A DNA stretch of 64,000 bases. It comes from Eledone cirrhosa. Lineage: Eukaryota. The stretch lies in assembly GCA_964016885.1 (NCBI GenBank), contig OZ024747.1, positions 9,610,001 through 9,674,000 of the forward strand, read 5' to 3'. Position numbers and translations under genes: made by a program. Below are positions 1-12,992 of this stretch, piece after piece; positions within the stretch are counted from its first letter, which is position 1; each line of letters begins with the position of its first letter. The notes beneath the pieces are model-generated. The model did not search any database. It saw nothing but the letters and a program-made list of their open reading frames with translations, and was not told where the DNA came from.

Positions 1-43
1 ATATACCTTCACTCACACATGTACTATTTATACAAGGTGTATA

Positions 44-3000
44 GTGTCTGTATGTGTCTCACTGTATGTGTCTGTATGTGTGTCTCACTGTATGTGTCTG
101 TATGTGTGTCTCACTGTATGTGTCTGTATGTGTGTCTCACTGTGTGTGTCTGTATGTGTGTCTCACTGTATGTGTGTGTATGTGTGTCTCACTGTGTGTG
201 TCTGTATGTGTGTCTCACTGTATGTGTCTGTATGTGTGTCTCACTGTATGTGTGTGTATGTGTGTCTCACTGTGTGTGTCTGTATGTGTGTCTCACTGTA
301 TGTGTCTGTATGTGTGTCTCACTGTATGTGTCTGTATGTGTGTCTCACTGTATGTGTCTGTATGTGTGTCTCACTGTATGTGTATGTATGTGTGTCTCAC
401 TGTATGTGTCTGTATGTGTGTCTCACTGTATGTGTGTGTATGTGTGTCTCACTGTGTGTGTGTGTATGTGTGTCTCACTGTATGTGTATGTATGTGTGTC
501 TCACTGTATGTGTATGTATGTGTGTCTCACTGTATGTGTATGTATGTATGTCTCACTGTATGTGTCTGTATGTGTGTCTCACTGTGTGTGTCTGTATGTG
601 TGTCTCACTGTATGTGTCTGTATGTGTGTCTCACTGTATGTGTCTGTATGTGTGTCTCACTATATGTGTCTGTATATGTGTCTCACTGTATGTGTGTCTC
701 ACTGTATGTGTCTGTATGTGTGTCTCACTGTGTGTGTCTGTATGTGTGTCTCACTGTATGTGTATGTATGTGTGTCTCACTGTGTGTGTCTGTATGTGTG
801 TCTCACTGTATGTGTCTGTATGTGTGTCTCACTGTGTGTGTCTGTATATGTGTCTCACTGTATGTGTCTGTATGTGTGTCTCACTGTACGTGTCTGTATG
901 TGTGTCTCACTGTATGTGTCTGTATATGTGTCTCACTGTATGTGTCTGTATGTGTGTCTCACTGTACGTGTCTGTATGTGTGTCTCACTGTATGTGTCTG
1001 TATATGTGTCTCACTGTACGTGTCTGTATGTGTGTCTCACTGTATGTGTCTGTATATGTGTCTCACTGTACGTGTCTGTATGTGTGTCTCACTGTATGTG
1101 TCTGTATGTGTGTCTCACTGTATGTGTCTGTATGTGTGTCTCACTGTATGTGTCTGTATATGTGTCTCACTGTATGTGTGTCTCACTGTGTGTGTCTGTA
1201 TGTGTGTCTCACCGTATGTGTCTGTATGTGTGTCTCACTGTATGTGTGTCTCACTGTATATGTCTGTATGTGTGTCTCACCGTATGTGTCTGTATGTGTG
1301 TCTCACTGTATGTGTCTGTATGTGTGTCTCACTGTATGTGTCTGTATGTGTCTGTATGTGTGTCTCACTGTATGTGTCTGTATATGTGTCTCACTGTATG
1401 TGTGTCTCACTGTACGTGTCTGTATGTGTGTCTCACTGTATGTGTCTGTATGTGTGTCTTACTGTATGTGTCTGTATGTGTGTCTCACTGTATGTGTCTG
1501 TATGTGTGTCTCACTGTATGTGTCTGTATATGTGTCTCACTGTATGTGTGTCTCACTGTGTGTGTCTGTATGTGTGTCTCACTGTATGTGTCTGTATGTG
1601 TGTCTCACTGTGTGTGTCTGTATATGTGTCTCACTGTATGTGTCTGTATGTGTCTCACTGTACGTGTCTGTATGTGTGTCTCACTGTGTGTGTCTGTATG
1701 TGTGTCTCACTGTATGTGTCTGTATGTGTGTCTCACTGTATGTGTCTGTATATGTGTCTCACTGTATGTGTGTCTCACTGTACGTGTCTGTATGTGTGTC
1801 TCACTGTATGTGTCTGTATGTGTGTCTCACTGTATGTGTCTGTATGTGTGTCTCACTGTGTGTGTCTGTATATGTGTCTCACTGTATGTGTCTGTATGTG
1901 TGTCTCACTGTATGTGTCTGTATGTGTGTCTCACTGTATGTGTCTGTATGTGTCTCACTGTATATGTCTGTATGTGTGTCTCACTGTATGTCTCTGTATG
2001 TGTGTCTCACTGTATGTGTCTGTATGTGTCTCACTGTATGTGTCTGTATGTGTGTCTCACTGTATGTGTCTGTATGTGTCTCACTGTATATGCCTGTATG
2101 TGTGTCTCACTGTATGTGTATGTGTGTGTGTCTCACTGTATGTGTCTGTATGTATGTCTCACTGTATGTGTCTGTATGTGTGTCTCACTATATGTGTCTG
2201 TATGTGTCTCACTGTATGTGTGTCTCACTGTATGTGTCTGTATGTGTGTCTCACTGTATGTGTCTGTATGTGTGTCTCACTGTATGTGTCTGTATGTGTG
2301 TCTCACTGTATGTGTCTGTATGTGTGTCTCACTGTATGTGTCTGTATGTGTGTCTCACTGTATGTGTCTCACTGTATATGTCTGTATGTGTGTCTCACTG
2401 TATGTGTCTGTATGTGTGTCTCACTGTATGTGTCTGTATGTGTGTCTCACTGTATGTGTCTGTATGTGTCTCACTGTATGTGTCTGTATGTGTGTCTCAC
2501 TGTATGTGTCTGTATGTGTGTCTCACTGTATTTGTCTGTATGTGTGTCTCACTGTATGTGTCTGTATGTGTGTCTCACTGTATGTGTCTCTCACTGTATG
2601 TGTCTGTATGTGTGTCTCACTGTATGTGTATGTATGTGTGTCTCACTGTATGTGTGTGTATGTATGTGTGTCTCACTATATGTGTATGTATGTGTGTCTC
2701 ACTGTATGTGTCTGTATGTGTCTCACTGTATGTGTCTGTATGTGTGTCTCACTGTATGTGTCTGTATGTGTGTCTCACTGTATGTGTCTGTATGTGTGTC
2801 TCACTGTATGTGTCTGTATGTGTGTCTCACTGTATGTGTCTGTATGTGTGTCTCACTGTATGTGTCTGTATGTGTGTTTCACTGTATGTGTATGTATGTG
2901 TGTCTCACTGTATGTGTCTGTATGTCTCACTGTATGTATGTGTGTCTCACTGTATGTGTATGTGTCTCACTGTATATGTCTGTATGTGTGTCTCACTGTA

Positions 3001-6000
3001 TATGTCTGTATGTGTGTCTCACTGTATGTGTATGTGTGTCTCACTGTATGTGTATGTATGTGTGTCTCACTGTATGTGTATGTGTCTCACTGTATGTGTC
3101 TGTATATGTGTCTCACTGTATATGTCTGTATGTGTGTCTCACTGTATGTGTATGTGTGTCTCACTGTATGTGTCTGTATGTGTGTCTCACTGTATGTGTC
3201 TGTATGTGTGTCTCACTGTATGTGTGTGTGTCTCACTGTATGTGTGTGTGTCTCACTGTATATGTCTGTATGTGTGTCTCACTGTATGTGTCTGTATGTG
3301 TGTCTCACTGTATGTGTCTGTATATGTGTCTCACTGTATATGTCTGTATGTGTGTCTCACTGTATGTGTATGTGTGTCTCACTGTATGTGTCTGTATGTG
3401 TGTCTCACTGTATGTGTCTGTATGTGTGTCTCACTGTATGTGTGTGTGTCTCACTGTATATGTCTGTATGTGTGTCTCACTGTATGTGTCTGTATGTGTG
3501 TCTCACTGTATGTGTCTGTATGTGTGTCTCACTGTATGTGTCTGTATGTGTGTCTCACTGTATGTGTCTGTATATGTGTCTCAGTGTATGTGTCTGTATG
3601 TGTGTCTCACTGTATATGTCTGTATGTGTGTCTCACTGTATGTGTATGTATGTGTGTCTCACTGTATGTGTCTGTATGTGTGTCTTACTGTATGTGTCTG
3701 TATATGTGTCTCACTGTATGTGTATGTATATGTGTCTCACTGTGTGTGTCTGTATGTGTGTCTCACTGTATGTGTATGTATGTGTGTCTCACTGTATGTG
3801 TCTGTATGTGTGTCTCACTGTATGTGTCTGTATGTGTGTCTCACTGTATGTGTCTGTATGTGTGTCTCACTGTATATGTATGTATGTGTGTCTCACTGTA
3901 TGTGTCTGTATGTGTCTCACTGTATGTGTCTGTATGTGTGTCTCACTGTATGTGTATGTATGTGTGTCTCACTGTACGTGTCTGTATGTGTGTCTCACTG
4001 TATGTGTCTGTATATGTGTCTCACTGTATGTGTGTGTGTCTCACTGTATGTGTGTGTGTCTCACTGTATGTGTGTGTGTCTCACTGTATGTATGTGTGTC
4101 TCACTGTATGTGTGTGTGTCTCACTGTATGTGTGTGTGTCTCACTGTATATGTCTGTATGTGTGTCTCACCGTATGTGTCTGTATGTGTGTCTCACTGTA
4201 TGTGTCTGTATATGTGTCTCACTGTATGTGTCTGTATGTGTGTCTCACTGTATGTGTCTGTATATGTGTCTCACTGTATGTGTCTGTATGTCTGTCTCAC
4301 TGTATGTGTATGTGTGTGTGTCTCACTGTATGTGTCTGTATGTGTGTCTCACTGTATGTGTCTGTATGTGTGTCTCACTGTATGTGTCTGTATGTGTGTC
4401 TCACTGTATGTGTATGTATGTGTGTCTCACTGTATATGTATGTATGTGTGTCTCACTGTATGTGTCTGTATGTGTGTCTTACTGTATGTGTATGTATATG
4501 TGTCTCACTGTGTGTGTCTGTATGTGTGTCTCACTGTATGTGTATGTATGTGTGTCTCACTGTATGTGTCTCACTGTATATGTCTGTATGTGTGTCTCAC
4601 TGTATGTGTCTGTATGTGTGTCTCACTGTATGTGTCTGTATGTGTGTCTCACTGTATGTGTCTGTATGTGTCTCACTGTATGTGTCTGTATGTGTGTCTC
4701 ACTGTATGTGTCTGTATGTGTGTCTCACTGTATTTGTCTGTATGTGTGTCTCACTGTATGTGTCTGTATGTGTGTCTCACTGTATGTGTCTCTCACTGTA
4801 TGTGTCTGTATGTGTGTCTCACTGTATGTGTATGTATGTGTGTCTCACTGTATGTGTGTGTATGTATGTGTGTCTCACTATATGTGTATGTATGTGTGTC
4901 TCACTGTATGTGTCTGTATGTGTCTCACTGTATGTGTCTGTATGTGTGTCTCACTGTATGTGTCTGTATGTGTGTCTCACTGTATGTGTCTGTATGTGTG
5001 TCTCACTGTATGTGTCTGTATGTGTGTCTCACTGTATGTGTCTGTATGTGTGTCTCACTGTATGTGTCTGTATGTGTGTTTCACTGTATGTGTATGTATG
5101 TGTGTCTCACTGTATGTGTCTGTATGTCTCACTGTATGTATGTGTGTCTCACTGTATGTGTATGTGTCTCACTGTATATGTCTGTATGTGTGTCTCACTG
5201 TATGTGTATGTATGTGTGTCTCACTGTATGTGTATGTGTCTCACTGTATGTGTCTGTATATGTGTCTCACTGTATATGTCTGTATGTGTGTCTCACTGTA
5301 TGTGTATGTGTGTCTCACTGTATGTGTCTGTATGTGTGTCTCACTGTATGTGTCTGTATGTGTGTCTCACTGTATGTGTCTGTATGTGTGTCTCACTGTA
5401 TGTGTCTGTATATGTGTCTCACTGTATATGTCTGTATGTGTGTCTCACTGTATGTGTATGTGTGTCTCACTGTATGTGTCTGTATGTGTGTCTCACTGTA
5501 TGTGTCTGTATGTGTGTCTCACTGTATGTGTGTGTGTCTCACTGTATATGTCTGTATGTGTGTCTCACTGTATGTGTCTGTATGTGTGTCTCACTGTATG
5601 TGTCTGTATGTGTGTCTCACTGTATGTGTCTGTATGTGTGTCTCACTGTATGTGTCTGTATATGTGTCTCAGTGTATGTGTCTGTATGTGTGTCTCACTG
5701 TATATGTCTGTATGTGTGTCTCACTGTATGTGTATGTATGTGTGTCTCACTGTATGTGTCTGTATGTGTGTCTTACTGTATGTGTCTGTATATGTGTCTC
5801 ACTGTATGTGTATGTATATGTGTCTCACTGTGTGTGTCTGTATGTGTGTCTCACTGTATGTGTATGTATGTGTGTCTCACTGTATGTGTCTGTATGTGTG
5901 TCTCACTGTATGTGTCTGTATGTGTGTCTCACTGTATGTGTCTGTATGTGTGTCTCACTGTATATGTATGTATGTGTGTCTCACTGTATGTGTCTGTATG

Positions 6001-7504
6001 TGTCTCACTGTATGTGTCTGTATGTGTGTCTCACTGTATGTGTATGTATGTGTGTCTCACTGTACGTGTCTGTATGTGTGTCTCACTGTATGTGTCTGTA
6101 TATGTGTCTCACTGTATGTGTGTGTGTCTCACTGTATGTGTGTGTGTCTCACTGTATGTGTGTGTGTCTCACTGTATGTATGTGTGTCTCACTGTATGTG
6201 TGTGTGTCTCACTGTATGTGTGTGTGTCTCACTGTATATGTCTGTATGTGTGTCTCACCGTATGTGTCTGTATGTGTGTCTCACTGTATGTGTCTGTATA
6301 TGTGTCTCACTGTATGTGTCTGTATGTGTGTCTCACTGTATGTGTCTGTATATGTGTCTCACTGTATGTGTCTGTATGTCTGTCTCACTGTATGTGTATG
6401 TGTGTGTGTCTCACTGTATGTGTCTGTATGTGTGTCTCACTGTATGTGTCTGTATGTGTGTCTCACTGTATGTGTCTGTATGTGTGTCTCACTGTATATG
6501 TATGTATGTGTGTCTCACTGTATGTGTCTGTATGTGTGTCTCACTGTATGTGTCTGTATGTGTGTCTTACTGTATGTGTATGTATATGTGTCTCACTGTG
6601 TGTGTCTGTATGTGTGTCTCACTGTATGTGTATGTATGTGTGTCTCACTGTATGTGTCTGTATGTGTGTCTCACTGTATGTGTCTGTATGTGTGTCTCAC
6701 TGTATGTGTCTGTATGTGTGTCTCACTGTATATGTATGTATGTGTGTCTCACTGTATGTGTCTGTATGTGTCTCACTGTATGTGTCTGTATGTGTGTCTC
6801 ACTGTATGTGTATGTATGTGTGTCTCACTGTATATGTATGTATGTGTGTCTCACTGTATGTGTGTGTGTCTCACTGTATGTGTGTGTGTCTCACTGTATA
6901 TGTCTGTATGTGTGTCTCACCGTATGTGTCTGTATGTGTGTCTCACTGTATGTGTCTGTATGTGTGTCTCACTGTATGTGTCTGTATATGTGTCTCACTG
7001 TATGTGTCTGTATGTCTGTCTCACTGTATGTGTATGTGTGTGTGTCTCACTGTATGTGTCTGTATGTGTGTCTCACTGTATGTGTCTGTATGTGTGTCTC
7101 ACTGTATGTGTCTGTATATGTGTCTCACTGTATGTGTATGTATGTGTGTCTCACTGTATGTGTATGTATGTATGTCTCACTGTATGTGTCTGTATGTGTG
7201 TCTCACTGTATGTGTCTGTATGTGTGTCTCACTGTATGTGTCTGTATGTGTGTCTCACTGTGTGTGTCTGTATGTGTGTCTCACTGTATGTGTCTGTATG
7301 TGTCTCACTGTATGTGTCTGTATGTGTGTCTCACTGTACGTGTCTGTATGTGTGTCTCACTGTATGTGTCTGTATGTGTGTCTCACTGTATGTGTCTGTA
7401 TGTGTGTCTCACTGTATGTGTCTGTATGTGTGTCTCACTGTATGTGTCTGTATGTGTGTCTCACTGTATGTGTCTGTATGTGTGTCTCACTGTACATCTC
7501 ACTG
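44..7504. repeat. Tandem satellite, 26-bp consensus TCTCACTGTATGTGTCTGTATGTGTG, with shorter variant units and a ~2.2-kb higher-order duplication
   Basis: Unit read directly from the sequence. Rare variants recur at a fixed offset (TATTTG 2529/4731; GTTTC 2876/5078). Confidence 0.97.
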
Positions 7505-7505
7505 A

Positions 7506-7836
7506 TGGTATCCAATGATGTTGACTTGTTCTTCTTTTTGGTAAATATCATCTTGGTTAAGGGAGTGGGACTGGCTTTGTGCAGTGCCTTTGCTCACTAT
7601 AAAAGCTTCACAGCACAGGCATTGCTTTATATCTGGAGATCTCTCTTCACTTGTCCTCACATGGTACCATGGGCCCAGCACTATGTGTCAATAATTGTCA
7701 CAAGTGTAGTGTTTGTACCAGAGTTTTCAAGTCGCTGGCTGGACTAAAAAGTGACACTCGTTCAGCGCATCGGTAGGGGTTCTCCTACATGGATATTAAG
7801 TAGTGGCTGTACTCGAAAACGAGTTGGCAGCCACCA
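7506..7836 (+). mobile_element. Interspersed repeat, 3' part of the element at 52098-52708 (probable non-autonomous RTE-related retroelement)
   Basis: Near-identical reverse-complement copy at 52098-52428. Ends in the stem-loop GTGGCTG-TACTCG-AAAA-CGAGT-TGG-CAGCCAC followed by (TA)n. Confidence 0.75.
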
Positions 7837-8123
7837 TATATGTATGTATGTATATATATGTATATATATATGTATATATGTATGTATATGTATATATGTA
7901 TGTATATATATGTATATATGTATGTATATATATATATATGTATATATATATGTATATATGTATATATATATATGTATATATGTATGTATATATATATGTA
8001 TATATGTATATATATATGTATATATGTATACTCTTTTTTCCTGGACTTTTCCGACAGAATTACTTCATTTATATGTATGTATGTATGTATATATATATGT
8101 ACATATGTATATATATATATATA

Positions 8124-8210
<87 letters not shown>

Positions 8211-8287
8211 ATATATATATATATGTATATATATGTGTATATATATGTATATATATGTGTATATATATATATGTATATATATGTGTA

Positions 8288-8366
<79 letters not shown>

Positions 8367-8375
8367 TGTGTGTGT
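7837..8375. repeat. Compound (TA)n/(TATG)n microsatellite
   Basis: Direct reading. Confidence 0.95.
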
Positions 8376-8622
8376 CACACATAGTCTCATTTTCTGTGTG
8401 TGTTTGTAGACTAGTGGCTGGTTGACTGACTGGTATTGACCGATGTGGCTTTGTGTGTAGGGAGGGAGGGAGGGAGGAAGATGACGATGATGATGATGAT
8501 GCTGGCCAGCAGTGAGTCATATGACCAAAGACAATATAGATGCAGGAGAGGATGTTGCAGCAGCTGTTGCAACATCACATCTCTATCAGCTGACTTAGCT
8601 GCACTGGTCACACACTATCACA

Positions 8623-8660
<38 letters not shown>

Positions 8661-8700
8661 CTATATATATATATCTATATATATATATCTATATATATAT

Positions 8701-9295
8701 ATCATCATCATCATCATCACCGTTTTACGTCCGTTCTTCCACGCTAGCATGGGTTAGACGGGTTGTCCTGTTGTGGGCAGTGTCTGGTCGGCTGACCATG
8801 CCTTGCTCATACAGGAACTGATCTGGCTTGGTTTCTACAGCTGGATGCTCTTCCTAACACCAACCTCATTTACAGTGAGTGCTGGGTGCTTTTTCGTGGC
8901 GCCTACACGTCCACTTTACAGTGTGGGCTGGGTGCTTTTTTGCCGTGGCACCTCCACGACCACCTTGCGGTGGGGGGGGGGGGGGGGGGGGCATATCGTC
9001 TATATGCTTCAGCATGTACCCATGGGAGGTCGGGTACCCTGTATTACTGCGTGACGCCAGAAGTCACGGTCGTGTGTCATTGACTTTGAGAGGTGTAGTT
9101 GGGTAAGGTCGGCTTTTATCACCTCATCCCAGGTCATCTTGGGTCTCCCCACTCCGCGGTTTCCATCAACTTCTAGTGCTCTGCACCTTTTTATGCAGCT
9201 GTCATCCTTCATACGCATCACATGTCCATACCAGCGTAACCGCCTCTCCTGCACGCAGCATTTGATTCCTCTTATGCTCAGTCTCTCTCTCAATT
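8701..9295 (-). mobile_element. 5'-truncated RTE-clade LINE: ORF C-terminus, 3'UTR and (GAT)n tail
   Basis: Minus frame 9293-9009 gives RRLRWYGHVMRM...RGVGRPKMTWDEVIKADL...DRDFWR, a typical RTE C-terminus. It continues into a 3'UTR containing GGAAGAGCATCCAGCTGTAGAAA and a GATGAT tail. Confidence 0.88.
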
Positions 9296-9337
9296 CCTTT
9301 ATATATATCTATATATATATATATATATCTATCTATA

Positions 9338-9528
9338 TCAAATCGGACCGAGGAAAGAATGTTTCCATCGGTCTTTCCAGTTGCTAGTACTGTCTATCGG
9401 TCGCAACTCCAGGTAGAAGGAGCAACGTGAAATAAAGTGTCTTGCTCAAGGACATAACGCATCGCGCGGTCCAGGAATTGAACTCACAACCTCACGATTG
9501 CCAATCCAATTCTCTAACCACGTGCCTC

Positions 9529-9531
<3 letters not shown>
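9338..9531 (-). mobile_element. tRNA-derived CORE-type SINE (tail type B)
   Basis: B-box GAGTTCAATTC and CORE-like TGTCCTTGAGCAAGACACTT. A second copy lies at 38335-38540. Confidence 0.8.
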
Positions 9532-9566
<35 letters not shown>

Positions 9567-9695
9567 CGTGTGATGATGATGATGATGATTATATATATAT
9601 ATATAATCATCATCATCATCATCATCACACGTCCAATTTTTTCACTCTAGCATGGGTATATATATATATATATGTATATATATGCATATATATAT

Positions 9696-9900
9696 ATCAT
9701 GTTTAGTAAAGAAATGGCTTCTACAGGGCTAGAACTGTTTCATTCAAAAGAAATCATCAGGCTTTCCTTATGATTTCTTTTGAATGAATGAAACAGTTCT
9801 AGTCCTGTAGAAGCTATTTCTATGTTAAACATGATGTTTACACTCTACTAATGTATTGAGTACCTTACTAACTGTGGTTACCCCGATTGAACCCGGGACT
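9696..9900 (+). mobile_element. Penelope-like fold-back element with degenerate hammerhead core
   Basis: Imperfect palindrome 9696-9835. Contains CT(T/G)ATGA...GAAA-CAG...CTG-TA and the shared tail motif CTCTACTA..GTATTGAGTAC. Sits in (TA)n. Confidence 0.65.
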
Positions 9901-10816
9901 ATACACACACATATATATATATGTATATACACATATTATTATTATATATAAATCTCGCTTTCTCCTTTCTTACTCCACCTCCCCTTCCCCCCCTTTTCAA
10001 TCTCCCATCTTCTATTTTACCTTCTTGTTTACTGTTGTTGTTGTTGTGTTTGTTGTCATTCTAACTCTACATTCTTTATTAAGTAATTTTACATGTGACT
10101 TACTTATATATTCCACCTCCTCCCTCTCTATTCTCACCACGACCACCTCTCTCTATTCCCACCACGACATCTCCTCCTCTCTACTACCACCACCACCTCC
10201 CTCTATTCCCATCCTGACCACGACCACCTCCTCCTCTCTACTACCACCACCACCCTCTCTAAGTTACTATACAACTGACTACCACATGATGTTGTATTAT
10301 CTCAGTCAGACCTAATAATATATTTATGTATCATAATAACATTAATGATATTTTTTACACCACAAGAGCAACAGAAACATAACAAGTGAAGCACTTACTG
10401 CTGTGTATATACACACACATATACACACACATATACACACACATATACACACACATACATGTAGCATTATCGTCTTTTTTTAATGTCGGCTTTCCCTGCA
10501 TGGATAGGATGGGTTTACATAAACTAAGTCAGTACTGAAGAAGGGCTACTGACCTCCCAGACAAGCAGAGGAGTTGACATCTCCCTTATGTATGGTCATA
10601 CATTCTATTGAGTGCACAGCAGAAGTTGTCTTTTGACACAAACTGATGGGTCCTCCAAAGCCCTTGTTTGGCAAGCTTTTTGCAGCTGGATACCCTTCCT
10701 AACACCAACCATTTCACAGTGTTTACTGGGTGCTTTTATCATGTAGATCACCAACACTAGGGAAGTTGTTGTGTCCTAGACACAACTAAAGGGTCCTACC
10801 AACCCTTTCTTTGTTT

Positions 10817-10817
<1 letters not shown>

Positions 10818-10847
<30 letters not shown>

Positions 10848-11050
10848 ACGTTTAACGTCCGTGTTCCACGCTTGCATGGGTTTGGACGGGGGTTTTCCCA
10901 CTTGAGGCAAGAGTGATTGTCTTGCTCGCATAGGACTGTCTGGCGGGTTTTCTACAGCTGGATGCCCTTCCTAACACCAACCACATTTACAGTGTGGAGC
11001 TGGGAGGTTTTTACCGTATTGCCTACACGGCCACATTACAGCGTGGACTG
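10818..11050 (-). mobile_element. RTE/SINE 3' tail fragment
   Basis: (CAT)n-TTTAACGTCCG...TTTCTACAGCTGGATGCCCTTCCTAACACCAACC, same family as 8701-9000. Confidence 0.8.
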
Positions 11051-11084
<34 letters not shown>

Positions 11085-11122
11085 TATATATACCTTCATA
11101 CACACATTGTTTTGTATGAAGG

Positions 11123-11265
11123 AGTCTGGAACTAACTGTTGGAATGGCTAGAGCTCAGCCTTAAGGGTCACGACTCTTTATAATATAACCAAACTCTACT
11201 ACCCCAACTATCAAATACGTTGTTGATTAGTGGTCAAACCAGTTTCAAACTGAATCCATCCTGAA
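11123..11265 (+). mobile_element. Partial Penelope-like element (one arm plus tail)
   Basis: Similar to 17045-17185 (AGTCTGGAACTA..GAGCTCAGC..CTCTACTAC..TGGTC.AACCAGTTT.AAACTG). Confidence 0.6.
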
Positions 11266-11277
11266 ATACATATATAA

Positions 11278-11400
11278 TAATAATTGTTTCTACTATTGGC
11301 ACAAGGCCAGAAATTACCCAGTACATTACTGGTACTTTATTTTATCGACCCCGTAAGGATGAAAGGCAAAGTTAACCTCGGCGGGATTTGAACTCAGAAT
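11278..11400 (-). mobile_element. tRNA-derived SINE with Meta-domain-like centre, 3' part
   Basis: Reverse complement reads GAGTTCAAATCCCGCCGAGGTTAACTTTGCCTTTCATCCTTACGGGGTCGATAAAATAAAGTACCAG. Many copies in the window. Confidence 0.85.
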
Positions 11401-11408
11401 GGCATATA

Positions 11409-11648
11409 TAATAATAATAATGAAATTATTGTGTACAGTGCTCAGGTGCACTACAACTCATCAAAGGTGCATGTATAGTACATAGAATAATAAAGTGTCA
11501 GGAAAATGAACAGTGTATGAGTCATGATATAATAATAATAACAATAATGAAATATTGTGTACAGTGCCCAGGTGCACCACAACTCATCAAAAAAGTGCAT
11601 GTACAGTACATAGGGCAATGCACAAACATCAGTAAAATGAACAGTGCT
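11409..11648 (-). mobile_element. Two adjacent CR1-clade LINE 3'UTR tails
   Basis: (AAT)n-GAAATTATTGTGTACAGTGCTCAGGTGCACTACAACTCATCAA occurs twice. It is the same 3'UTR as the ORF-bearing copy at 35062-35372. Confidence 0.8.
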
Positions 11649-11760
11649 ATAGGAATGAATTCAGAAGCTTCTGTTAGAATCATGTAACTTCCTGAAACCT
11701 TTGGTAATGGAATAATTATATTGTGTTGTTTATTACATAATTATATATATATATATATAT

Positions 11761-11939
11761 ATAATTACAACAGTGACATAAACAGGTACTTAAGCTTCCT
11801 TTGACAGGCTGAATGAGTTGGGGTCCATAGCCCAACGAAACTTAACTACCTGTTTATGTCACTGTTGTAATTATTCATAGTAAACTTATCCTATCGATTG
11901 AGTGCTCTTACCCTTGGATATTTCTACCAAACTTTTACT

Positions 11940-11942
<3 letters not shown>
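11761..11942 (+). mobile_element. Penelope-like fold-back element enclosing a hammerhead ribozyme
   Basis: Inverted arms ATAATTACAACAGTGACATAAACAGGTA / TACCTGTTTATGTCACTGTTGTAATTAT. The tail recurs at 32101-32180. Flanked by (TA)n. Confidence 0.7.
11803..11854 (+). ncRNA. Minimal type I hammerhead ribozyme-like motif (variant core)
   Basis: Stem I ACAGG/CCTGT; core CTGAATGA (one extra nt versus CUGANGA); stem II GTTGGG/CCCAAC; GAAA; CTTAAC-TA. The inverted arm preserves the ancestral CTTAAG-TA. Confidence 0.6.
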
Positions 11943-11981
<39 letters not shown>

Positions 11982-12527
11982 CAGTGATGATGATGATATA
12001 TATATAGGGCAAAAAAGAAAACCAGCAACGTAACTTGAAGCACTTTTAGATGTTCAGCAGTGACTAGTTTCTGTTGAGAATAATACATAAAACATTTACT
12101 ACTGTCATCTGGTGAACTTGCAACTTCCCTTCTTTTGATTATAGGTTCACATTTGTAACTGTTAATCAGTAGAGAACTTGGTTCTATTGGTAAAATGTGT
12201 AACTACTAACCTTGAGATTTGAGATGTGCTTCTACGTGTGTGTATCTATGTATATGTGTGTATCTATGTATGTGTGTGGTGTGTGTCTATATTTAGCCAT
12301 ATGGATTTCTAATTTGAGGGAAGGGTAAAGTTCATTAAATCAATCATGGTGTTTCTCTGGTTCTTTATTTTATTGACACCTCAGAAGAATGAAAGGGAAA
12401 GTTGACCTTGGTGGGATTTGAACTTAGAATGTTAAAAGCCAGAATAGATGCCACAATGACATTTTATCTGAAGCTCTACCTATTCTGGTAATCCACTACT
12501 CTTATATGTAGCTATATTAACTCTTAA

Positions 12528-12729
12528 CCCTTTAGCATTTACATTACTCTATATTTATTATTGTATTTTCATGGTAACACTATCTCACATAATATCGAAT
12601 CTACGAGATTCTGATATTATTTATTTTGAGAACAATACCTTAACATAAGTATGAGTGGCGAGTTACAGCTGGTTTCAGAAAGAGGTGAAAAGATTCTGGC
12701 CAGTTATGGCCAGTTTAAATGCTAAAGGG
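12528..12729. mobile_element. piggyBac-type MITE
   Basis: TTAA|CCCTTTAGCATTTA ... TAAATGCTAAAGGG|TTAA, i.e. TIRs with a TTAA target duplication. Inverted relative at 44906-45126. Confidence 0.88.
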
Positions 12730-12992
12730 TTAATGTCTTCTATCACATCAAACTACATTAGCAAGACATTCTTGAAAAAGTATAAAACAGAATTATGACT
12801 GCAATGCATTAAAAATCAAACCATTTACTTTAATTTACTGCAATGTTTTACAATGATCTGTCACCTAGTAAAGATACTATATGGACAAACCTGTTTTTAG
12901 ATATTTTCTACTAAATTATTACAGGATGTTTACGTCAGGTCACCCTTCTTCTGTCCCTCTTCTCCTTAGTTTTATTAATCTATTTGTTTCTT

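Noticed and set aside
19-7747. Three ~2500-aa Cys/Val-rich ORFs
   Set aside because: The 26-bp unit contains no TAA/TAG/TGA on the + strand, so all three frames are open and give the same cyclic peptide. This is a satellite artefact.
7505-7747. 80-aa ORF MVSNDVDLFFFLV... conserved in two copies
   Set aside because: The copies are recent repeats, several differences are non-synonymous, and I recognise no domain.
8410-8610. Possible exon encoding [23 protein letters not shown]
   Set aside because: It is partly (GAT)n and (GGGA)n microsatellite, the splice sites are ambiguous, and I recognise no homology.
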